Origin: Hyphomicrobiales bacterium
GTDB lineage: Bacteria > Pseudomonadota > Alphaproteobacteria > Rhizobiales > Xanthobacteraceae
Assembly: GCA_017305665.1 (NCBI GenBank)
Contig: JAFKKH010000012.1
Span: forward strand, 187,617-251,616
Reading direction: 5' to 3'
DNA: 64,000 nt
Made by a program: the position numbers and the translations under genes. How positions within the stretch are numbered: the stretch's first letter is position 1; every line of letters starts with the position of its first letter. The notes under the pieces are model-generated. The model was given only the letters and a program-made list of their open reading frames with translations. It was not told the DNA's origin and made no database searches. This document shows, piece after piece, positions 48,914 through 57,886 of the stretch.

Positions 48914-50452
48914 CTAGAGGCCGAGTCGCTGAATCTTGTGCGTCCCTCGGGCGAGAGAGACGTGCTTGGTTTCCATATAGAACTCGAACGAGTAGTCGCC
49001 GCCGTCGCGGCCGATGCCCGACGCCTTCATGCCGCCGAACGGAGTCGGCAGGTGGCGGACGTTTTCCGAATTCAGCCAGATCATGCCGGCTTCCAGCGCA
49101 TCGGCGACGCGCAGCGCACGGCCCATGTCGCCGGTCCAGACATAGCCGGTGAGGCCGTAGCGCACGGAATTGGCGATCTCGATGGCGTCGGTCTCGTCCT
49201 TGAACGGAATGACCGTGAGGAAAGGTCCGAACACCTCATCCTGCGCGACCCGCATGTCGGCGCGCGCGCCGGTGACAAGCGTCGGCTGCACGTAGTGTCC
49301 GCCGCCGGGGCCGTCATACGGCTTGCCGCCGACGGCAACCGTCGCGCCGTCCTTCCGGGCCACGTCGAAATAGGAGCAGACCTTGTCGAGGTGGCGCTCA
49401 TGGATCAGCGGGCCGACTTCCGTGGCGGGATCGAGGGGATGACCAACCTTAAGTGCTTTTACGCGTGCCGTGAGCTTTTCGATGAATTTGTCCGCGACGC
49501 TGCTCTGGATCAGGAGTCGGCTCGATGACGTGCAGCGCTCGCCGTTCAGCGAGTAGATCATGAACACAACGGCATCGAGCGCGCGGTCGAGATCGGCGTC
49601 GTCGAACACGATCACCGGATTCTTGCCGCCGAGCTCGAAGTGCACGCGCTTCAGGGTCGGTGCGCCCTGCGCCATGATCGCGGCGCCGGTCGCGGTTTCG
49701 CCGACAAAGGCGATCGCCTTGATCGCGGGATGTTCGGTCAGCGCCTTACCGGCTTCCTCGCCAAAGCCGTGCACGGTGTTGAGCACCCCGTCGGGGACAC
49801 CGGCTTCCTTCACCAGTTTGGCGAGGAGGTCGGCCGTCACCGGCGACCATTCCGCCGGCTTGTGCACGACGGTGCAGCCGGCGGCGAGTGCCGGCGCGAT
49901 CTTCCAGGTCGACAGCATGAACGGCGTGTTCCACGGCGTGATGACGCCGACCGGGCCGATCGGCACCCGCGTCGAAACATTCCAGTGTTCGTCGCTCGGA
50001 GTATTGAGACCGTCCCGCGCCTCGGTGCACTTGTCGGCGAAGAAGCGGAAGTTTTCCGCTGCGCGGATCGCGGCCTTGGCCATGAAGCGATACGCCTGTC
50101 CGGTGTCGATGCATTCAAGCACGGCGATGTCGTCGGCGCGCGCCTCGATGGCGTCGGCGACGCGATGCAGCAGCTTCTTGCGCTTCGCCGCCGGCATATC
50201 GCGCCAGGCGGGGAAAGCGCGCTGTGCCGCTTTGGCGGCGTGGTCGATATCGTTGGCGTTGCCCCGTGCGACATAGGCCAGCACGCTGTTGTCGATGGGA
50301 GAGGCGGTATCGAAGGTTTCTCCGGACGAGGCGGGAACGGTTTCGCCGCCGATCATGTGGCCGATGCCATCGGCCTTGAGCTGTTTCAGAAGCGGTGCGG
50401 CGCGATCGCGGTTCGCTTGAAAGACGTCGGGTTTGGGTGTGGCCTTATCCAT
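48914..50452 (-). CDS. hpaE: 5-carboxymethyl-2-hydroxymuconate semialdehyde dehydrogenase
   Basis: ITPWNTPFML, FVGET, ELGGKNP, NGERCT, RHLPTPFGG; hpa context. Confidence 0.92.
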   Translation of the reverse strand: MDKATPKPDVFQANRDRAAPLLKQLKADGIGHMIGGETVPASSGETFDTASPIDNSVLAYVARGNANDIDHAAKAAQRAFPAWRDMPAAKRKKLLHRVADAIEARADDIAVLECIDTGQAYRFMAKAAIRAAENFRFFADKCTEARDGLNTPSDEHWNVSTRVPIGPVGVITPWNTPFMLSTWKIAPALAAGCTVVHKPAEWSPVTADLLAKLVKEAGVPDGVLNTVHGFGEEAGKALTEHPAIKAIAFVGETATGAAIMAQGAPTLKRVHFELGGKNPVIVFDDADLDRALDAVVFMIYSLNGERCTSSSRLLIQSSVADKFIEKLTARVKALKVGHPLDPATEVGPLIHERHLDKVCSYFDVARKDGATVAVGGKPYDGPGGGHYVQPTLVTGARADMRVAQDEVFGPFLTVIPFKDETDAIEIANSVRYGLTGYVWTGDMGRALRVADALEAGMIWLNSENVRHLPTPFGGMKASGIGRDGGDYSFEFYMETKHVSLARGTHKIQRLGL

Positions 50453-50843
50453 GGCTTGCCTCCGCCTTCAGCGCCTCGTGGATGTTGTTGCGCTTCCAGC
50501 TCGTGTTCTTGTCGTTGATCTGCATGTCGAACGAGAGTGCGAATTTGCTGCCCGCGAACACCGGATCGAGGTGGGCCGACAGCGCCTTGAAAATGTGCTC
50601 GCCGGCTTTTTGCCGGGTCGCGAGGTCGCGGCCTTCGCCGAGTCGGAGCACCATGTCGAGAAAGCCGAAAGACGGATCGCCGTCGGCGATCGCATAGTGC
50701 TCGCACCTGAGAGCGCGGACACGGATGCCGCCGAGCGGAAAGATTCCGGTTTCGACGGCGGCGCGGCGGACCACCTCCACGACCGCAGCCATGTCGACGC
50801 GAGGTTCGATGTTGGCGGAGTATTCGATGGTGAAATGCGGCAT
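50445..50843 (-). CDS. hpaF: 5-carboxymethyl-2-hydroxymuconate isomerase
   Basis: N-terminal Pro (MPHFTIEYS) of the tautomerase superfamily, FPLGGIRVR; start 50843. Confidence 0.9.
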   Translation of the reverse strand: MPHFTIEYSANIEPRVDMAAVVEVVRRAAVETGIFPLGGIRVRALRCEHYAIADGDPSFGFLDMVLRLGEGRDLATRQKAGEHIFKALSAHLDPVFAGSKFALSFDMQINDKNTSWKRNNIHEALKAEASHG

Positions 50844-50862
50844 GTTCCTGGTCGCTCCGTTC

Positions 50863-51669
50863 TCAGGCGAAGTAGCAACTGACCGAGCCGTAAGGCCCAT
50901 AGTCAGCCTGAATCGTGTCGCCTTTGCGGGTTTCGATGGGGCGGATGAACGATCCTGCCAGCACCACCTGACCTGGCTCCAGCGCAAGGCCATGCGGCGC
51001 GATCTTGTTGGCGAGCCAGGCGACGGATGTCGCGGGATGATTGAGGACGCCGGCGGCGAGCCCGGTTTCCTCGAGCTGGCCGTTCTTGAAGCACAGCGCG
51101 CCGATCCAGCGCAGGTCGGCATCGAGCGGACGTATCGGCCGCCCGCCCAGCACGATGCCGGCATTGGCCGCATTGTCGGCAATGGTGTCGAAGATCTTCC
51201 GCGTCGCTTTCGTTGTCGGATCGACGCGCTCGATTCGGGTATCCAGGATTTCCAGTGCGGGGACCACGAAGTCGGTCGCGTTCAGCACATCGAACATGGT
51301 GCAGTCGGGACCGGTGAGGCGATGCTTCATGATGAAGGCGAGTTCGGCCTCAACGCGGGTGGCGATAAAGCGGTCCGATGGCACGAGCCCGCCGTCGGCA
51401 AAGAACATGTCGTCGAACAGGATGCCGGAGTCCGGCTCGTCGATGTTGAGCGCGCTCTGCATCGCCTTCGACGTCAGGCCGATCTTGTGACCCTTGATGA
51501 CCCTGCCTTCTGCGACCTTGATCCCGATCCAGGCCTTCTGAATGGCGTAGGCGTCGGCGATGGTGATGTCCGCGTGGTCCTGCGACAACTGCCGGATCTG
51601 GATCCGGGTCTGCTCTGCCCGGTGAAGCTGTTCCGCCGCACGCCGAATCTGGTCTGCCGTCATTGCCAT
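50863..51669 (-). CDS. hpaH: 2-oxo-hept-4-ene-1,7-dioate hydratase
   Basis: GHKIGLTS, RVEAE, LEILD, ADNAANAG, LAGSF. Confidence 0.93.
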   Translation of the reverse strand: MAMTADQIRRAAEQLHRAEQTRIQIRQLSQDHADITIADAYAIQKAWIGIKVAEGRVIKGHKIGLTSKAMQSALNIDEPDSGILFDDMFFADGGLVPSDRFIATRVEAELAFIMKHRLTGPDCTMFDVLNATDFVVPALEILDTRIERVDPTTKATRKIFDTIADNAANAGIVLGGRPIRPLDADLRWIGALCFKNGQLEETGLAAGVLNHPATSVAWLANKIAPHGLALEPGQVVLAGSFIRPIETRKGDTIQADYGPYGSVSCYFA

Positions 51670-51710
51670 GAGTTTGCCGCATCAAATGAAACGTCGAAAA
51701 CGGGAGATGA

Positions 51711-51722
51711 TTAACATGTTAA
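51711..51722. promoter_or_regulatory. Probable HpaR operator
   Basis: Perfect palindrome TTAACATGTTAA in the hpaH/hpaR divergent promoter, MarR-type architecture. Confidence 0.6.
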
Positions 51723-51839
51723 ATGAAATGGTTCAACCCGTGCCGCGGCCGACTTTTCGTTGTGCGGTGCACTAGCGCCGGCTTGTGTTATGAAGGCCGG
51801 CGCGCCGAGTCAGGTCTCGCGCGGAAACGGAATTGAACC

Positions 51840-52412
51840 ATGGGTCTGAAGACACCTGCAAGGGACGGCGCCGCGAACCGGACAAGCGAATCCGCATCTG
51901 CTGCCGGCCGCAAGATGAGCGCTGGGCAGGCGCCGATGCGCGAGTTTTCGCGCTCGCTGCCGATGTCCCTGATGCGCGCGCGGGAAGCGGTGATGCGGCA
52001 TTTCCGCCCGTCACTGCGGGCGCACGGGCTCACCGAGCAGCAATGGCGTATCCTGCGGGCACTGTCGTCGATCGACGCCATCGAGGTGACTGATCTTGCC
52101 CACGTCGCCTTCCTGCTGGGGCCGAGCTTGTCGCGAATCCTTCGCGATCTCGAAGGACGGCGCCTGATCGAGCGCAAAACCGTGAAATCCGATCTACGCC
52201 GCGGCACCGTTTCGATCACGGCGAAGGGCCTGAAGCTGATCGAGGCGGTGGCGCCGCACTCCGAGGCGATCTATGCCGAGATGACCCGGCGCTATGGCGC
52301 GCAGAAACTGGCCGAACTTCAGGACATGCTGCATATGCTGGAAAACAGCCTGCTGGCGATGCCCGTTCGCGGCGGTTCTGGCGATGCCGATGAGGGCGAC
52401 GACGGAAAGTAG
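51840..52412 (+). CDS. hpaR: Homoprotocatechuate operon regulator (MarR family); start uncertain
   Basis: SLPMSLMRAREAVM, GLTEQQWRILR, PSLSRIL; divergent from hpaH. Confidence 0.9.
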   Translation: MGLKTPARDGAANRTSESASAAGRKMSAGQAPMREFSRSLPMSLMRAREAVMRHFRPSLRAHGLTEQQWRILRALSSIDAIEVTDLAHVAFLLGPSLSRILRDLEGRRLIERKTVKSDLRRGTVSITAKGLKLIEAVAPHSEAIYAEMTRRYGAQKLAELQDMLHMLENSLLAMPVRGGSGDADEGDDGK

Positions 52413-52626
52413 CGGCAAAATTGCATGATGGTGCGGATCGTTGCCAATGCAGCGCATAGCGGGCGCCGGAATCTGCGCAACCTGGTGCGGCCGACCTCAG
52501 AGGCCATAGACACGCCTGCATTTTTTCGCTCAAACTGGCCGGCATAACAATATCGGGCGGCCACGCTCGGTTTCGCTCCGCCAGTCCAGGCGGCAGCAGT
52601 AAAAATCACGGGATGAACGTTCGGTC

Positions 52627-53712
52627 ATGGTGACAATTCAGGTTCAGAAGCTGATCGATTTCGTCGCGGACGTTTTCGTTCATACCGGCTCGTCCGCTGC
52701 CGAAGCCAAGCGGATTGCAACCTATCTCACGACCGCCAATCTCACCGGGCACGACAGCCATGGCGTGATCCGGGTGCCGACCTATGTGCGGCACCAGAAG
52801 GTTGGCAACGTTTTTCCCGATCAGACCGTCGATGTGGTCGTCGATACGCCATCGCTCGCCGTTGTCGACGGCAAATACGGTTTTGGCCAGACCGTGGGAC
52901 CGCAGGCGGTCCGCATCGGTATCGACAAGTGCAAGAAGGTTGGTCTCGCGGCGGTCGCGCTGCGCAACGCCGGGCACATCGGCCGCATCGGCGACTGGGC
53001 CGAGATGGCCGCGGCCGAAGGGCTGGTATCGATCCATTTCGTCAATGCCGCCGGCTCAATTCTGGTCGCGCCCTTTGGCGGCACTGAGCGGCGGCTCTCG
53101 ACCGCGCCGTACTGCGTCGGCATTCCGCGTAAAGGGCAGGGGCCGATCGTGCTGGATTTCGCCACCTCGATCGTCGCCGAGGGCAAGGTGCTGGTCGCGA
53201 GCCGCGGCGGCAAGAAACTGCCGAAGGGCGCGCTGGTTAATCTTGACGGTACGCTGACCGAAGACCCGACCGCCCTCTACGGCCCGCACACCGCCGATGG
53301 CCCGCGCGACCATTCGCAGGGCAAGGGCGCGATCCGCGCGTTCGGCGAGCATAAGGGCTCGGGGCTTGCGCTGATCTGCGAACTGCTCGGCGGCGCGCTG
53401 ACGGGCACCGGCGCGACCTCGATGCCGCGCCGTTTCGCCAATGGCATGTTTGCGATCTATGTCGATCCCGCCGTGGTCGATCCGGCCAATTTCTTCGATG
53501 GCGAGATCGCCCGCTACATCACCTATTTCAAGGACACCAAGACGGTCGCCGGCATCGACGAGGTTCTGGTGCCCGGCGAACCGGAAGCGCGGACGCGCGC
53601 CGAGCGGACCAGGAACGGCGTGCCGCTGCCGGACGAAACCTGGGCGGCGATCGTCAACACGGCGCGCGAGGTCGGCGTGAGCGAGGCAAAGATTCAAAGC
53701 GTTGGGAACTAA
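52627..53712 (+). CDS. Ldh_2-family (malate/lactate/ureidoglycolate) dehydrogenase, YbiC/HcxB-like
   Basis: GHDSHG, GHIGRIG, LDFATS, HKGSGL, PGEPE. Confidence 0.85.
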   Translation: MVTIQVQKLIDFVADVFVHTGSSAAEAKRIATYLTTANLTGHDSHGVIRVPTYVRHQKVGNVFPDQTVDVVVDTPSLAVVDGKYGFGQTVGPQAVRIGIDKCKKVGLAAVALRNAGHIGRIGDWAEMAAAEGLVSIHFVNAAGSILVAPFGGTERRLSTAPYCVGIPRKGQGPIVLDFATSIVAEGKVLVASRGGKKLPKGALVNLDGTLTEDPTALYGPHTADGPRDHSQGKGAIRAFGEHKGSGLALICELLGGALTGTGATSMPRRFANGMFAIYVDPAVVDPANFFDGEIARYITYFKDTKTVAGIDEVLVPGEPEARTRAERTRNGVPLPDETWAAIVNTAREVGVSEAKIQSVGN

Positions 53713-53755
53713 CAAGCCTGACGGCTTGGTTGAAATTCAAAAGAAGGGTCCAAGA

Positions 53756-54532
53756 ATGCCAAACAAGGTCAAGGAAATCTGGAAGTCCGGTAAGGCCGTC
53801 GTCAACGGATGGCTCGCAATTCCGTCGGGATTCTCCGCCGAAGTCATCGCGCAGTGCGGCTTCGACAGCGTCACCGTGGACATGCAGCACGGCGTGCAGG
53901 ACTATCAGTCGATGGTGCAATGCTTCCAGGCGATGCACGGCCATCCGGTGACGCCGATGGTTCGCGTGCCCTGGAACGAACCTGGCATCGTCGGCAAGGT
54001 GCTCGATGGCGGCGCCTACGGTGTGATCTGCCCGATGATCAATACGCCGCAGGAAGCAAAGAATTTGGTGCAGTACGCGAAGTATCCGCCGAAGGGGACG
54101 CGCTCCAACGGTCCGATCCGTTCCGGCATGTACGGCTCGGCTGGCTCCTACCAGCAGACGGCAAACGATGAGATCGTGCTGCTGCCGATGATGGAGACCA
54201 AGACCGCGGTCGAGAACATGGAAGCTATTCTCGATGTCGAAGGCATCGATGGTGTCTATATCGGGCCGTCCGATCTCGGCTTTTCGTATGGTCTCGTGCC
54301 GAAGCTGGATCGCGAGGAGCCGGAAATCCTGAAGATCTACGACAAGATCATCAAGGAGTGCGACAAGCGCAAGCTGTATCCGGGCATCCATTGCTCGGGC
54401 CCGGTCGGCGCCGCCAAGAACATCGGCATGGGCTTCAAACTGGTGACGCTTGCCAACGACAGCGGCATCATGGCGACCGCGGCCCGGCAGTGGATCGACC
54501 AGACGCGCAAGGATTCCAAGGGTAAGGCGTAA
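53756..54532 (+). CDS. HpcH/HpaI-family aldolase (probable 4-hydroxy-2-oxoheptanedioate aldolase)
   Basis: DMQHG, VRVP, PMMET, YIGPSDL; near the hpa cluster. Confidence 0.8.
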   Translation: MPNKVKEIWKSGKAVVNGWLAIPSGFSAEVIAQCGFDSVTVDMQHGVQDYQSMVQCFQAMHGHPVTPMVRVPWNEPGIVGKVLDGGAYGVICPMINTPQEAKNLVQYAKYPPKGTRSNGPIRSGMYGSAGSYQQTANDEIVLLPMMETKTAVENMEAILDVEGIDGVYIGPSDLGFSYGLVPKLDREEPEILKIYDKIIKECDKRKLYPGIHCSGPVGAAKNIGMGFKLVTLANDSGIMATAARQWIDQTRKDSKGKA

Positions 54533-54551
54533 GCCGGTTAACGGGGCGGTT

Positions 54552-54639
54552 CGTCATGCCCGGGCTTGTCCCGGGCACCCACGTCTTTCTTGTGATAGAA
54601 GGTAAGACGTGGATGGCCGGAACAGGTTCGGCCATGACG
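54552..54639. repeat. CGTC-tagged REP-like element, family B
   Basis: CGTCATGCCCGGGCTTGTCCCGGGCA-CCCACGTCTT...AAGACGTGGATGGCCGG...GGCCATGACG. Confidence 0.88.
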
Positions 54640-54680
54640 CAAAAGTTTCTTACGTTGTAAGAGCGTTGGAGATTCCGACC

Positions 54681-56204
54681 ATGGCTCCGTCCCCTGTGAT
54701 CCGGCTTCATCCCGATGATGGCGTGCTGATCGCGCGCACCACACTGATGCCGGGTGTCGCCGTCACCGACGGCGTGACAACCACCGACCGCATTCCCGCC
54801 GGGCACAAGGTCGCGATCCGCGCCATCGCCGTGGGCGAACCGATCCGGCGCTACGGGCAGATCATCGGCTTCGCGACCGCGCCGATCGCGCCCGGCCAGC
54901 ACGTGCACACGCAGAACTGCGGCATGGGCGACTTTGCCCGCGATTATGCCTATGGCGTGGACGTGCAACCGACGCCGAATTTCGATCTGCCGGCAACATT
55001 CATGGGCATCCGTCGCGACGACGGTCGTGTCGCGACGCGCAACTATATCGGTATTCTCACTTCGGTGAATTGCAGCGCTCACGTGGCCAGCATGGTCGCC
55101 GATGTCTTCAAGAAGAATCCGTTTACCGGCGACAATCCGCTGGCGGATTTCCCCAATGTCGATGGCGTGGTCGCGCTGACGCACAAGACCGGCTGCGGCA
55201 TGACGCAGAACGAGCCACTCACGCTGCTTCGGCGCACGCTTGGCGGTTATGCGCGTCACGTCAACTTCTCCACCGTCGTGGTGCTCGGCTTGGGCTGCGA
55301 GATCAACCAGATCGGCGGCTTGATGAAGGAACAGAAACTCGCCGGCCGTCTGCGCGAAATGGAAATCCAGGAGATGGGCGGCACGCGCAAGACCACGGAG
55401 GCCGGCGTTGCCTTCGTCAAGGAAGCACTCGTGGACGCCAACAAGGTCAAGCGCGAGGAAGTGTCGGCGAGCCATCTCACCGTGGCACTGCAATGCGGTG
55501 GATCGGACGGCTATTCTGGCATCTCGGCCAATCCCGCGCTCGGCGCGGCGAGCGATCTGCTCGTGCGTCACGGCGGCACCGTCATTCTATCTGAAACGCC
55601 GGAAACCTATGGCGCCGAGCATCTTCTCACGCGTCGCGCGGTCAGCCGCGAGGTCGGCGAGAAGCTGGTCGGGCTGATGCGCTGGTGGGAAGCCTATTGC
55701 GAGCGCGAGGGCGCCGAGATGAATGCCAACCCGAGCCCCGGCAACAAGGCCGGTGGTCTCACCACCATTCTGGAAAAATCGCTCGGCGCCATGGCCAAGG
55801 CTGGCAGCACCAACCTCGTCGATGTAGTGAACTATGCCGAAGCCGTCACCAAGAAGGGTTTCGTGTTCATGGATACGCCGGGCTACGACCCCGTCGCGGC
55901 CACGGGGCAGGTCGCTGGCGGCGCCAACATGGTGTGCTTCACTACCGGCCGCGGCAGCGTGTTCGGCTGCAAGCCTGCGCCCTCGATCAAGCTTGCCACC
56001 AACACGCCGATGTATCGCCGCATGGAAGACGACATGGATATCAACTGCGGCACGATTCTGGACGGCGACGAGACTGTGCAGGACTGCGGCCAGCGCATCT
56101 TCAACCTGATGCTGGAAACCGCATCGGGCAAGCCGACCAAGAGCGAAAGCTTCGATTTCGGCGGCGCCGAGTTCGCGCCCTGGGTGCTCGGCGCGACCAT
56201 GTGA
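54681..56204 (+). CDS. UxaA/GarD-family acid-sugar dehydratase with N-terminal SAF domain
   Basis: IPAGHKVA, RYGQIIG, HTQN, TSVNCS, LQCGGSD, NPSPGNKAGG, FTTGRGS; start MAPSP at 54681. Confidence 0.88.
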   Translation: MAPSPVIRLHPDDGVLIARTTLMPGVAVTDGVTTTDRIPAGHKVAIRAIAVGEPIRRYGQIIGFATAPIAPGQHVHTQNCGMGDFARDYAYGVDVQPTPNFDLPATFMGIRRDDGRVATRNYIGILTSVNCSAHVASMVADVFKKNPFTGDNPLADFPNVDGVVALTHKTGCGMTQNEPLTLLRRTLGGYARHVNFSTVVVLGLGCEINQIGGLMKEQKLAGRLREMEIQEMGGTRKTTEAGVAFVKEALVDANKVKREEVSASHLTVALQCGGSDGYSGISANPALGAASDLLVRHGGTVILSETPETYGAEHLLTRRAVSREVGEKLVGLMRWWEAYCEREGAEMNANPSPGNKAGGLTTILEKSLGAMAKAGSTNLVDVVNYAEAVTKKGFVFMDTPGYDPVAATGQVAGGANMVCFTTGRGSVFGCKPAPSIKLATNTPMYRRMEDDMDINCGTILDGDETVQDCGQRIFNLMLETASGKPTKSESFDFGGAEFAPWVLGATM

Positions 56205-56210
56205 TAGCGC

Positions 56211-56234
56211 GCGTCGCCTGGTGAGCGACGCTTT
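56211..56234 (+). terminator. Possible intrinsic terminator after the dehydratase
   Basis: GCGTCGC-N7-GCGACGC followed by TTT. Confidence 0.4.
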
Positions 56235-56300
56235 GGGCGCGGATGTTGCGTCGTTTGCCGATCGGCCTGACAATGTATGCAGGTCGAGCCCGGAGCCGCC

Positions 56301-57683
56301 ATGACCTATCGCCATGTCATCGATCGTCATGCTTATATCTTTGACGATCTGCGGGCGTTGCTGGCCAAGGCAACGCCGCTCCGTTCGGGCGACCGTCTCG
56401 CCGGCGTGGCCGCCGGGAGCGCCGAGGAGATGGTCGCAGCGCGGATGGCGCTCGCCGACATTCCGCTAAAACAGTTTCTGCAAGAAGTTGTCGTTCCCTA
56501 CGAGAGCGACGAGGTCACCCGGCTCATCATCGATACCCATGACGCGACGGCATTTGCTCCCGTCGCAGCGCTGACCGTCGGCGCGTTTCGCGATTGGTTG
56601 CTATCGGATGCCGCGACACCTGATGTGCTGAAGGCGCTCGCGCCCGGAATCACGCCGGAAATGGCCGCGGCCGTCTCGAAACTGATGCGCAATCAGGATC
56701 TGATTCTGGTTGCCAAAAAGTGCGGCGTCGTGACCCGGTTTCGCAACACCATCGGGCTGACTGGCCGGATGAGCACCCGGCTGCAGCCCAACCATCCTCT
56801 GGATGACCGCAAGGGAATTTTCGCCTCGATCCTTGACGGATTGCTGTTGGGGTCTGGTGATGCCTGCATCGGCGTCAATCCCGCGAGCGACGATCCGGCG
56901 GTGCTGGGCGATCTGGTCCGGCTGCTCGACGATATCATCGCGCGGCTGGCCATCCCGACGCAGAGCTGCGTGCTGACACACGTCACGACCACTCTCGATT
57001 TGATCGGGAAAGGCTGTCCGGTCGATCTGGTGTTTCAGTCGATTGCCGGCACGGAAGCGGCCAACCGCAGCTTTGGCGTCGAACTCACGATCCTGAAGGA
57101 AGCTCGCGACGCCGGCCTGTCGCTGCGGCGGGGCACGGTCGGAAACAACGTGATGTATTTCGAGACCGGGCAGGGCTCCGCGCTGTCGGCGAACGCGCAT
57201 CATGGCGTCGACCAGCAGACCTGCGAGGCCAGGGCCTATGCGGTGGCGCGCGCTTTCGATCCGCTGTTGGTCAATAGCGTCGTCGGCTTCATCGGTCCGG
57301 AATATCTGTATGACGGCAAGGAGATCATCCGCGCCGGGCTTGAGGACCATTTCTGCGGCAAGCTGCTCGGTCTGCCGCTCGGTGTCGATGTCTGCTACAC
57401 CAACCATGCCGCGGCTGATCAGGACGATATGGACAACCTGCTGACGCTGCTGGCGGCTGCCGGCGTCACGTTCGTCATGGGAGTGCCCGGCGCCGATGAC
57501 GTGATGCTGAACTATCAATCGACGTCATATCACGACGCGCTCTATGTCCGCGAACTGTTCGGTCTCGCGCGTGCGCCGGAGTTCGACGATTGGCTGCACC
57601 GCTCGGGTCTCGCGGACGCGGGTTTCCGGCTTACCGGGCAGAACAATTTGCTCCCGGATTTTGCGGCCCGCATGATCGAATAG
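56301..57683 (+). CDS. eutB: Ethanolamine ammonia-lyase large subunit
   Basis: RSGDRLAG, RLQPNHP, YFETGQGS, VVGFIGPEYL, GVDVCYTNH, LNYQSTS; RBS GGAG before 56301. Confidence 0.96.
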   Translation: MTYRHVIDRHAYIFDDLRALLAKATPLRSGDRLAGVAAGSAEEMVAARMALADIPLKQFLQEVVVPYESDEVTRLIIDTHDATAFAPVAALTVGAFRDWLLSDAATPDVLKALAPGITPEMAAAVSKLMRNQDLILVAKKCGVVTRFRNTIGLTGRMSTRLQPNHPLDDRKGIFASILDGLLLGSGDACIGVNPASDDPAVLGDLVRLLDDIIARLAIPTQSCVLTHVTTTLDLIGKGCPVDLVFQSIAGTEAANRSFGVELTILKEARDAGLSLRRGTVGNNVMYFETGQGSALSANAHHGVDQQTCEARAYAVARAFDPLLVNSVVGFIGPEYLYDGKEIIRAGLEDHFCGKLLGLPLGVDVCYTNHAAADQDDMDNLLTLLAAAGVTFVMGVPGADDVMLNYQSTSYHDALYVRELFGLARAPEFDDWLHRSGLADAGFRLTGQNNLLPDFAARMIE

Positions 57684-57817
57684 CAAACGGGGCATAATCC
57701 CACGATGCGTTTTGTCGCAATGCCGTCATGTCGGCGGCATCTTCGCGCCTTTTGCCACAATGTTGAGGAAATTGTAGCCCAACTTTTTTGACCATGCTTT
57801 AGTGGTTCGCGCGATCT

Positions 57818-57842
57818 GGAACGATTGCGAGCGCCAACGGTT
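57818..57842 (+). promoter_or_regulatory. EcfG (general stress sigma) type promoter of hpnP
   Basis: GGAAC(57818-22)-N16-GGTT(57839-42), i.e. GGAAC-N18-TT, ~45 bp before the hpnP start; hpnP is known to be EcfG-controlled in R. palustris. Confidence 0.7.
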
Positions 57843-57861
57843 TTGGAAGTGTTTCGGTTCC

Positions 57862-57875
57862 GTGTAAGTTTACAC
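57862..57875. promoter_or_regulatory. Palindrome between the hpnP promoter and RBS
   Basis: GTGTAA-GT-TTACAC; same GTAA-N2-TTAC core as 60365-60376. Confidence 0.4.
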
Positions 57876-57886
57876 ATGGAGGTGCG

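Noticed and set aside
52627-56204. Sulfolactate pathway (ComC/SlcC + SuyAB)
   Set aside because: The families fit, but no sulfonate transporter, sulfite exporter or other sulfo genes are nearby, and the dehydrogenase looks YbiC-like.
56205-57886. Cobalamin riboswitch upstream of the B12 enzymes eutB or hpnP
   Set aside because: No B12-box or GGGAA/GCCCCCGCAACTGT-type motifs are visible, and the eutB leader is only ~95 bp. An Rfam scan would confirm.
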